From: Oscillospiraceae bacterium
GTDB lineage: Bacteria; Bacillota; Clostridia; Oscillospirales; Oscillospiraceae
DNA: 64,000 nucleotides
NCBI GenBank assembly: GCA_017448455.1
Contig: JAFSLL010000167.1
Span: 2,457 to 66,456 of the forward strand
Direction: 5' to 3'
In this document: positions 7,366 to 13,925 of the stretch, in pieces
Layout of the letters: each line of letters begins with the position of its first letter
Numbering within the stretch: position 1 is the stretch's first letter
The notes under the pieces: generated by a model
Database searches by the model: none
The model's input: the letters and a program-made list of their open reading frames with translations, nothing else
Told to the model about the DNA's origin: nothing
Program-made: the position numbers and the translations under genes

Positions 7366-9261
7366 ATGGCAACGGTGATCCCGATGAGTTTTCCGGAGTA
7401 CCTGCGCAGGGTGCGCGGGGACCGCTTCCGGGAGCTGCTGGAAGCGCATGTGCGCAGTCACCCGTGGGACCTGCCGGCGGACTGCGCGCCGGAGGAGCGG
7501 CGTCCGGTCACGGCGAAGGTGGTGCGGACGGAGCTGGTGATCGATGAGGAGAAGGACCTGGTCCGGACGCGCAGGGGCCTGCCCTGCATGCTGGAGGCCG
7601 ACCTCGTCGTGCGCGGGGTCTGGCGGACGGAGGGCGGGTATAAGGAGGCGCTGTACTACTTCCGCTACTTCCTCGACGTGCGGTATACGGCGGAGTTTCT
7701 GCTGCGGGGCTGCGAGGGCCGGCCCGACCCGAGGCGCGCCTGCTACGGGCCGCTGATCATGCCGGAGGAGCGGATGGACGCGACGACGATGCCCACGGAC
7801 CCGCACCTCATCCCTTGCCTGAAGAAGGAGGATTACCCCGGGACGGCGAGGCGGGTGCTGGCGCGCTGGATCCCGGACGCCTTCCGGAACCGCCCCCTGA
7901 TCCCGATCTATCTGGCACAGCAGATGGGGCTGCGGGTGCGGGAGGTCCGCTTTGAGGCGGGCTCGAAGGCCGCAGGGAAGATCTTCTTCCGGCGGCAGCG
8001 GATCCTGCTGCGTGCGAGGGACGGCAGCGTGTACGAGGAGGAGGCAAGGCCCTTCACGGTCTACCTGAACCGGGACCTCTGCCGGAGCGACCGGGATCAG
8101 AGGCTGACGCTGCTGCACGAGTGCGCGCACCTGTACCTGGCGCTCCCATTCTTTATGCTGCAGGCCATGGCGGGCACGGAGGTTCCGGAGGCCTGCTGCC
8201 GCCGGACGGAGCTGCGGCAGCCCCTCGGGCCGGCGGACTGGATGGAGCTGCAGGCGCGCAAGCTCCCGGCCTACCTGCTGATGGAGGAGGAGCGGACGCG
8301 CAGGCGCTGCGAGGAGGATCTGCAGCGCCGCGGCGGGGTGCGCAGCCCGGAGAACATGCGAGAACTGACGGAGACGCTGATGAAGCGCTTTCTCGTGTCG
8401 CGGAGCATGGCGCGCCTGCGCCTGATCGAGCTGGGCTACCCCGAGGCGGAGGGCGTGTTCTGCTATGTGGACGGGCACGCGGTGCCGGACTACGGCTGCG
8501 CCGGAGCCTGGGAGCCGGGGCGCAGCTATGTGATCTCCTTCGGGGAGCTGAGCCGCCTGTACAGCGCAGACCCCGCCATTCGAGGGCTGCTGGACAGCGG
8601 GGCCTTTGTCTACGCGGAGGGGCACCTCTGCCGCAATGAGGCGGTCTATGTGCAGCTGCGGCCGGGGCGCTCCCCCGCCCTGACGCCGGCAGCGCGGGAG
8701 CGGGTGGACGAGTGCTGCGTGGCCTTCACGGCGGAGGGCGGGCGGCTGCCGGGCCTGCGCCTGGAGGGCGCGTGGGCCGCCCGGACGGAGGAGGACAGGC
8801 TGCACTACCGCCTGCCGAAGCCGGACCTCAGCCCCGGGACGGTGGCCTGGGACCGGGACAAGGCGCTCTTCCTCGAGAACGCCCGGCTCTGGGACGAGAT
8901 GCGCCGGGAGCTGGACAGCGCCCGCAGCCCGAAGGAGGCGGTCAACCTGCTGCGGAAGAGGAAGGGGCTGAGCTGGGAGAGCCTGGCGCTGGAGATCGGG
9001 GTATCGCGCCCGACGCTGGACGGCTGGCTGAAGGGAAACGAACTGTCCCTGCCGCATCTGGCGGCGATCTGCGTGGGGCTGCGCCTGCGCGGGGATGTGG
9101 GGCAGCGGCTGCTGGAGGTCTGCGAGTGCCGGACGCGGCGGAACCCGAACGCGGCCGTGTACCTGAGCATGATCCAGTTCGCGATGCTGATGTCGGTGGA
9201 ATACTGCAACGATGTGCTGGCGCAGGCGGGGCTGCCGCCGCTGCACCAGGGCGCGGCGTGA
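7366..9261 (+). CDS. ImmA/IrrE-type Zn-metallopeptidase fused to a C-terminal XRE-type HTH domain
   Basis: HEXXH motif LLHECAHLY (HECAH at 8116-8130) in an ImmA/IrrE-like context. C-terminal KGLSWESLALEIGVSRPTLDGWLKGNELSLPHLAAI (about 8938-9087) looks like an XRE HTH. ATG at 7366 with AGGAGG 8 nt upstream. Confidence 0.7.
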   Translation: MATVIPMSFPEYLRRVRGDRFRELLEAHVRSHPWDLPADCAPEERRPVTAKVVRTELVIDEEKDLVRTRRGLPCMLEADLVVRGVWRTEGGYKEALYYFRYFLDVRYTAEFLLRGCEGRPDPRRACYGPLIMPEERMDATTMPTDPHLIPCLKKEDYPGTARRVLARWIPDAFRNRPLIPIYLAQQMGLRVREVRFEAGSKAAGKIFFRRQRILLRARDGSVYEEEARPFTVYLNRDLCRSDRDQRLTLLHECAHLYLALPFFMLQAMAGTEVPEACCRRTELRQPLGPADWMELQARKLPAYLLMEEERTRRRCEEDLQRRGGVRSPENMRELTETLMKRFLVSRSMARLRLIELGYPEAEGVFCYVDGHAVPDYGCAGAWEPGRSYVISFGELSRLYSADPAIRGLLDSGAFVYAEGHLCRNEAVYVQLRPGRSPALTPAARERVDECCVAFTAEGGRLPGLRLEGAWAARTEEDRLHYRLPKPDLSPGTVAWDRDKALFLENARLWDEMRRELDSARSPKEAVNLLRKRKGLSWESLALEIGVSRPTLDGWLKGNELSLPHLAAICVGLRLRGDVGQRLLEVCECRTRRNPNAAVYLSMIQFAMLMSVEYCNDVLAQAGLPPLHQGAA

Positions 9262-9264
9262 GGA
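9140..9264 (+). repeat. 125-bp direct repeat, copy 1 (3' end of the ImmA/HTH gene)
   Basis: Matches 13601-13725 with 3 mismatches (hand-aligned), offset 4461 bp. Covers the last 40 codons plus the stop. Confidence 0.95.
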
Positions 9265-9385
9265 TGAGTCACGGGGACACTAACTATTAAAAGTCAAGCC
9301 CCCTGACACACACGTGGAAAACTGGGCAAGATATGACGTTTGTTTAACACCGGGGAGCGAGAGCTCTATTGCCGCCCGTGACTCA
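9265..9385. promoter_or_regulatory. Second pair of TGAGTCACG motifs at the cargo junction
   Basis: TGAGTCACG at 9265-9273 (+) starts at the first base after the direct repeat. Its inverted partner CGTGACTCA is at 9377-9385. A degenerate copy of the palindromic element (9292-9313) lies between them. Confidence 0.4.
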
Positions 9386-9501
9386 TCCGAGCGGAGCGTA
9401 CCGGCAGCAGCCCCACTGGGAGTTGTCCCTGGTGGGATTTCTGCGTCTTTTTCGTCTCTTCTCTTCAAAAATGTTCCGACTGAAGTTAACTCATAGTTAA
9501 G

Positions 9502-9530
9502 TTGCATTTAATTCTGCCGGATAGTATAAT
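9502..9530 (+). promoter_or_regulatory. Strong sigma-70-type promoter for the Big_2 lipoprotein gene
   Basis: TTGCAT (9502-9507), a 17-nt spacer, TATAAT (9525-9530). Preceded by the palindrome TTAACT-CAT-AGTTAA (9486-9500). Confidence 0.6.
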
Positions 9531-9576
9531 GAAATTAGTGAAAAATTCACAAAAACAGAAGGAAGGAAAAAGAAAA

Positions 9577-11553
9577 ATGAAAAGGATTCTGTCAGTTCTC
9601 CTGATCGCCGCAATGCTTCTGTCCCTGGCCGCCTGCGGCGGCGGTACTTCGGAGCAGGCGGCTTCTCCCGCGAAGGAAGAAACAGCTTCTGTTTCGCTCT
9701 CCCCCGCGGAAGGCATATTGCTGGAAGGAGAGACCCTTCAGCTATCGGCGGAAGGGAGCGGGTCCGGGTTTGTATGGACATCCTCTGACCCGGCTGTCGC
9801 GTCGGTCAGCGAGGGCGGCCTTGTCACGGCCGTGTCCGCCGGTGAGGCGACCATTACGGTATCTCTGTCAGGCAACGAAGCGGCAACGGCAAGCGCGGCA
9901 ATTCAGGTCGGACGTCATGTCAGCGCGCTGGAAGCCGGGCAGAAGGAAGTCACCCTGCTTCTGGGAACCGATCAGGCAGAGCTTGCGGCGGATGTTACTG
10001 TCGTACCGGATGACGCCGCGTATCGGGAAGTGGCGTGGGAAAGCTCCGATCCGTCGGTTGTCACCGTTGACGCAGCCGGCAGGCTGCACGCGGTCGCGGC
10101 CGGCAGCGCGGTCGTAACCGCGCGGACAACGGAACCGGGCGCGGACATCAGCACGGACATCAGCGTAACGGTGCTGCAGGGGGTAACCTCGATCAGCCTG
10201 AGCGAGACGGAACTCATGCTTCCCGCAAAGGCCACACAGGCGCTTGCGCTCAGCGTGCTCCCGGAGGACGCGGAGGACCGTACGGTTACCTGGAGTTCTT
10301 CTGACGAAAATGTCGCGACGGTGGACAGCGCCGGAAAGGTGACGGCGGTCGGCGGCGGTACCGCGTCGATCACCGCCACGGCCAATGACGGAGGCGGGGC
10401 CTCTGCCTCGTGTGCGGTGACGGTCGTCGTCAGCATCAAAAGCATGAAAATGACCGAGGCAAAGGGCGCGGTTCTGCAGGGCGGACCGGAAGAACTGACC
10501 CATCTGCAGCTGGAGTATGCGGTCACGCCGGAAGACGCGACGTATAGAGGCGCGGTCTGGAGCAGCTCCAACGAGGCGGTCGCGACCGTGGACGAAAACG
10601 GTGTCGTAACCGCGGTCGCACCCGGTACCGCGGTGATCACGGCGGTCTCGGATGACCCGACGGCAAACGGAAAAGTGAAGACGACCTGCACCATCACGGT
10701 CGGTGCAGCAATCCAGGATCTCGCGCTGGCGGATACCCCCGCCCGCCTGGAAAAGGGAAAATCCGTCCGGATCGGCGTGACCCTGACGCCCGCGAAGGTG
10801 TACAACTCCAAGCTTTCCTGGGTCAGCAGCAATGAGAACGTCGTGACGGTGGACGCGAACGGAACTGTACGCGGGACCGGTGTCGGCGAGGCAACTGTCA
10901 CCTGCGCGACTACAGACGGCACCAACCTCTCCGCCACGAAGAGCTTTACCGTCTATCAGCCGGTCACCTCGCTGAAGGCGAGCGATTCAAAAGTGCTGCT
11001 CTTCGCAGGCCAGACCAAGACGGTGTCTGCCGCCGCGATGCCCGAAGACGCGACGGACAAGAGCGTAACCTGGTCCAGCAGCAAGGACTCTGTCGCGACG
11101 GTCTCTGAGGACGGAACGATCCGCGCGGTCGGACAGGGCACCGCTGTGATCACGGCGACAGCCAAGGACGGCAGCAACAGAACCTGCAAGATCGCCGTAA
11201 CCGTTGAGCCGGCTCTCCCCATTACCGTGACCAGTCTCGGCTTTGGCATCTATAACGGGAACCTGCTTGGCATTACGGTTCAGAACTACTGCAAGACGCT
11301 TGCCATCCGGAACTTTGATTTTGACATTGTGCTGTACGACTATCTGAACCAGCGCCTGAACACCTCCGGCAGCTACAGTCTCGGCAGCGACGAGACGATT
11401 CCCGCGGGTGGAAGCAAGACGATCAAGAGAACCATGTCGGGTGTGTCACAGAGCTCGAAAGTCGTGATTACCATCACGGGTGTCGTGTTCTATGACGGTA
11501 CCTATTACACGATCCCTGCGTCCCAGCGGGAGACCTGGACCTTCTCGCGCTGA
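9577..11553 (+). CDS. Surface lipoprotein with multiple bacterial Ig-like (Big_2) domains
   Basis: MKRILSVLLIAAMLLSLAACGGG (lipobox). Roughly seven repeats of the Big_2 pattern (...W.SSD..VATVD..G.VTAV..G.A.ITA...) and a distinct C-terminal domain of about 110 aa. Confidence 0.8.
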   Translation: MKRILSVLLIAAMLLSLAACGGGTSEQAASPAKEETASVSLSPAEGILLEGETLQLSAEGSGSGFVWTSSDPAVASVSEGGLVTAVSAGEATITVSLSGNEAATASAAIQVGRHVSALEAGQKEVTLLLGTDQAELAADVTVVPDDAAYREVAWESSDPSVVTVDAAGRLHAVAAGSAVVTARTTEPGADISTDISVTVLQGVTSISLSETELMLPAKATQALALSVLPEDAEDRTVTWSSSDENVATVDSAGKVTAVGGGTASITATANDGGGASASCAVTVVVSIKSMKMTEAKGAVLQGGPEELTHLQLEYAVTPEDATYRGAVWSSSNEAVATVDENGVVTAVAPGTAVITAVSDDPTANGKVKTTCTITVGAAIQDLALADTPARLEKGKSVRIGVTLTPAKVYNSKLSWVSSNENVVTVDANGTVRGTGVGEATVTCATTDGTNLSATKSFTVYQPVTSLKASDSKVLLFAGQTKTVSAAAMPEDATDKSVTWSSSKDSVATVSEDGTIRAVGQGTAVITATAKDGSNRTCKIAVTVEPALPITVTSLGFGIYNGNLLGITVQNYCKTLAIRNFDFDIVLYDYLNQRLNTSGSYSLGSDETIPAGGSKTIKRTMSGVSQSSKVVITITGVVFYDGTYYTIPASQRETWTFSR

Positions 11554-11590
11554 GGGTGAAGGATGAAATAAGCGAACTGCATCATCGCGC

Positions 11591-11626
11591 AAGGGGCGCT
11601 GTCTCGTTTGAGACAGCGCCCCTTTT
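11591..11626 (+). terminator. Intrinsic terminator of the Big_2 gene
   Basis: Perfect 15-bp stem AAGGGGCGCTGTCTC/GAGACAGCGCCCCTT, loop GTTT, followed by a T-run. Confidence 0.85.
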
Positions 11627-11659
11627 GCGTCATGGCGGCGTGAGGCGCGGGGAGCAGGG

Positions 11660-11689
11660 TGTGTCAAGAGAACCGTCCCCCTGACACAG
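11660..11689. repeat. Palindromic 30-mer, copy B
   Basis: TGTGTCAAGAGAACCGTCCCCCTGACACA, one mismatch to copy A. It directly abuts the terL remnant. Confidence 0.8.
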
Positions 11690-11694
11690 ACACA

Positions 11695-11751
11695 GACGCG
11701 GTGCGGTACGCGCTCGAGCGGGTGATGAACAGGTATCGGAGTAACGCGTAA
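11695..11751 (+). pseudogene. 3'-terminal remnant of a diverged terminase large subunit gene
   Basis: Translates to DAVRYALERVMNRYRSNA*. The intact TerL in this window ends DATRYALERVFAKYRSRA*: 13 of 18 residues identical, with co-terminal stop codons. No upstream coding continuation. Confidence 0.6.
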
Positions 11752-11778
11752 AAAATCCCGTGGCTGCTGCCACGGGAT
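11750..11778 (-). terminator. Intrinsic terminator of the Asn-rich repeat protein gene
   Basis: 10-bp stem ATCCCGTGGC/GCCACGGGAT, loop TGCT, followed on the minus strand by T6. Confidence 0.75.
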
Positions 11779-11803
11779 TTGATGCTTTATGAAGTTGTCC
11801 GGC

Positions 11804-13477
11804 TCAGCCGAAGAGCTCGGCGAGGCGGGAGAACTGCACCGAGGCGCCGATGCTGTCCAGCAGATCCGTGCCGGCCGGGACCGTGATCTCGCCCTGATTC
11901 CAGCTCACCGTCAGCGTCACGTCCTGGCGCTCCGCCAGGGCTTCGAACACCATGCGCGCGAAGCTCAGCCAGCCGCCGGCGTCCACCGTGACCGTGCCGT
12001 TTGCCGGGGCAGCGTTGATCTGATCCACGACCTTGCGGTTGAAGCGCAGCCACGCGTCGTCAACTTCGCCATCGCCTGCGGGGGCAGGGGCCGGGGGATC
12101 AATGGGTTCCGGTTCGGGCTGCGGTTCCGGCTCGGGTTCGGGTTCCGGCTCGGGCTTCGGTTCGGGTTCCTCCTCAGCCTTCTTGCCGGTGAGAAGGAGC
12201 TTCACGTTCTTCAGCAGGTTGGAGAAGGTCAGGGTCCAGCCGCCGGTCTCGTCCCCTTCCGCCGTCATATCGCCGCTGTCCGCGTCCAGCGTGGGCTTGT
12301 CCAGCGTATAGCCCTCAGACGGGGTGACCTTGACGCTGCCGGAAGCGCCTTCCTTCAGATAGTCTTTCTCCTCATACTCCGTGAAGCCGGTCTTGTCCGA
12401 TACCGCTGCGTTTTCCGTCTCGATTTCTACGCCGTAGTACTGATTCTCGACCTTGCCATTACCCGTGTTTGTCACTTCGCCGCCGTAGTTGTTCGTGACG
12501 GTGCCGTAGTTTTTTTCAACTGTGCCGCTGTTGTTTGTAATCGTTGTATCGCTGTTGTTTAGATTGACAGTGCCGCTGTTGTTCTCTATACTGCCGTTCC
12601 AGTTAGTATCAACCGTGCCGGTGTTGTTCTTTATATTCTTTCGATTAAATTCTACCTTTCCCGCATTGTCCGTGATCTCGCCTCTATTATTACTTATCCA
12701 TCCGCTCGCAGTATTCTCTTTTACGGTGCCTTCATTGCCGGCATAAAAACTATTATCTGCCTCGCCGCCGATCTTGCCTTCGTTTTTCTCCACCACGCCG
12801 CTGGCCGAGTTAAAGATGATCTTGCCGTCTTTCCCGTTGGTCCCGACCGTGCCAGTGTTGCTCGGTCCGTAACCAATACCGCCGTATTCATCGACGTAGG
12901 TCGTGCCGATCGTGCCGTTGTTGGTGTCGACCCTGCCGTTGTTTTCCATGATATCGCCGGTGTTGGTCGTGACCTTGCCGGCGGCTTTGTCGCCTGATGC
13001 GGCCTCGTTGGTGACGATCAGGCCTTCGTTTTTCGTCACCACGCCGCCGGCATGGTTGGTCGTGACCTCTCCGGCAGGAAATAAGGCATTACCGGACTGA
13101 TTGAAGCCCACCGTGCCGTAGTTGTCCGTTATCTTTCCGCCGAGACAGTTATCCTCGATAATATTGTTGTTGGTAGCGATCTCGCCATTGTTTAGCATGA
13201 TATCACCGTTGTTTGTCGTGACCTCGTTCCAGTTGTTTTCAATAATATTGTTGTTGGTCGTGACCGTGCTGTCGTTATCTATAATTGTACCCTGGTTGTC
13301 ATTAATCGGAGCATGATTGTTCTCGATCTTGGCATAGTTGACGTCTATGATATCAAAATTTTCTTCTTTATTCTCGTGATTGTCCTCCGCAAGGGCGGTG
13401 GCCGGGAGCAGCGAGGTGAGCAGGATGACCGTGAGCAGAAGCGCCGTCAGCACGCGCGCCGTTTTCCTGTATTTCAT
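11804..13477 (-). CDS. Secreted Asn/Gly/Thr-rich short-repeat (beta-solenoid-like) protein with a Pro-Glu linker and a C-terminal globular domain
   Basis: MKYRKTARVLTALLLTVILLTSLLPATALA signal peptide. Dozens of 9-10-residue repeats of the type G-x-[IV]-x-x-N-N, then a (PE)n linker and a C-terminal domain of about 100 aa. Visibly more AT-rich than its neighbours. ATG at 13475-13477. Confidence 0.75.
   Translation of the reverse strand: MKYRKTARVLTALLLTVILLTSLLPATALAEDNHENKEENFDIIDVNYAKIENNHAPINDNQGTIIDNDSTVTTNNNIIENNWNEVTTNNGDIMLNNGEIATNNNIIEDNCLGGKITDNYGTVGFNQSGNALFPAGEVTTNHAGGVVTKNEGLIVTNEAASGDKAAGKVTTNTGDIMENNGRVDTNNGTIGTTYVDEYGGIGYGPSNTGTVGTNGKDGKIIFNSASGVVEKNEGKIGGEADNSFYAGNEGTVKENTASGWISNNRGEITDNAGKVEFNRKNIKNNTGTVDTNWNGSIENNSGTVNLNNSDTTITNNSGTVEKNYGTVTNNYGGEVTNTGNGKVENQYYGVEIETENAAVSDKTGFTEYEEKDYLKEGASGSVKVTPSEGYTLDKPTLDADSGDMTAEGDETGGWTLTFSNLLKNVKLLLTGKKAEEEPEPKPEPEPEPEPEPQPEPEPIDPPAPAPAGDGEVDDAWLRFNRKVVDQINAAPANGTVTVDAGGWLSFARMVFEALAERQDVTLTVSWNQGEITVPAGTDLLDSIGASVQFSRLAELFG
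12105..12170. repeat. Hexanucleotide-type tandem repeat encoding the (Pro-Glu)n linker
   Basis: GGTTCCGGTTCGGGCTGCGGTTCCGGCTCGGGTTCGGGTTCCGGCTCGGGCTTCGGTTCGGGTTCC on the plus strand encodes EPEPKPEPEPEPEPEPQPEPEP on the minus strand. Confidence 0.8.
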
Positions 13478-13596
13478 GTGATCCGTTCCTTTCTGTATGA
13501 ATTCCCGTTTCTGAATTAAACATATCATGATTTTTATCAAAACGCAAGCGCCATTTGGACACTTTATGCGTTTTTGTATGGCGTGCGGACCCGGGC

Positions 13597-13722
13597 CGGA
13601 GGAATCCGAACGCGGCCGTGTACCTGAGCATGATCCAGTTCGCGATGCTGATGTCGGTGGAATACTGCAACGACGTGCTGGCGCAGGCGGGGCTGCCGCC
13701 GCTGCACCATGGCGCGGCGTGA
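13597..13722 (+). pseudogene. Orphan 3' fragment of the ImmA/HTH gene
   Basis: In-frame translation RRNPNAAVYLSMIQFAMLMSVEYCNDVLAQAGLPPLHHGAA* matches the C-terminus of the 7366-9261 product except for one residue. There is no start and no upstream homology beyond about 13580. Confidence 0.85.
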
Positions 13723-13725
13723 GGA
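13601..13725 (+). repeat. 125-bp direct repeat, copy 2
   Basis: See copy 1 (9140-9264). Mismatches are at the positions matching 9144, 9213 and 9250. Confidence 0.95.
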
Positions 13726-13844
13726 ATTTTTCCCCTAGTCCTGCGGGAAGGGGAAGATTTGGCGGAGAAATAAAAGAGAAACGTGCGGGAAAAAGAGAAT
13801 ATCCGGGGAAATGGGGAGGTTTTTCCCGTTTTCCGTTCTTTATT

Positions 13845-13874
13845 TCAGCAGGACTTGGGTCCTGCTGATTTTTT
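13845..13874 (+). terminator. Intrinsic terminator-like hairpin in the leader upstream of terL
   Basis: 10-bp stem TCAGCAGGAC/GTCCTGCTGA, loop TTGG, followed by T6. It lies 52 nt upstream of the terL ATG. Confidence 0.7.
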
Positions 13875-13925
13875 CTGCCCTTCTGCTATGATACGGCACG
13901 AAGAGAGACGGAGGGAGGCGGTTTC

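Noticed and set aside
7306-9246. 646-aa ORF antisense to the ImmA/HTH gene
   Set aside because: Extremely Arg/Pro/Gln/Ala-rich with no recognisable motif or RBS. It is fully shadowed by a sense ORF that has an HEXXH motif, an HTH and a good RBS. This is a typical GC-driven antisense ORF.
9280-9507. Small ORFs (75 aa minus strand, 60 aa plus strand) in the junction region upstream of the Big_2 gene
   Set aside because: They overlap each other and the promoter and operator-like motifs, and they have no RBS or recognisable sequence. The region is better explained as regulatory DNA.
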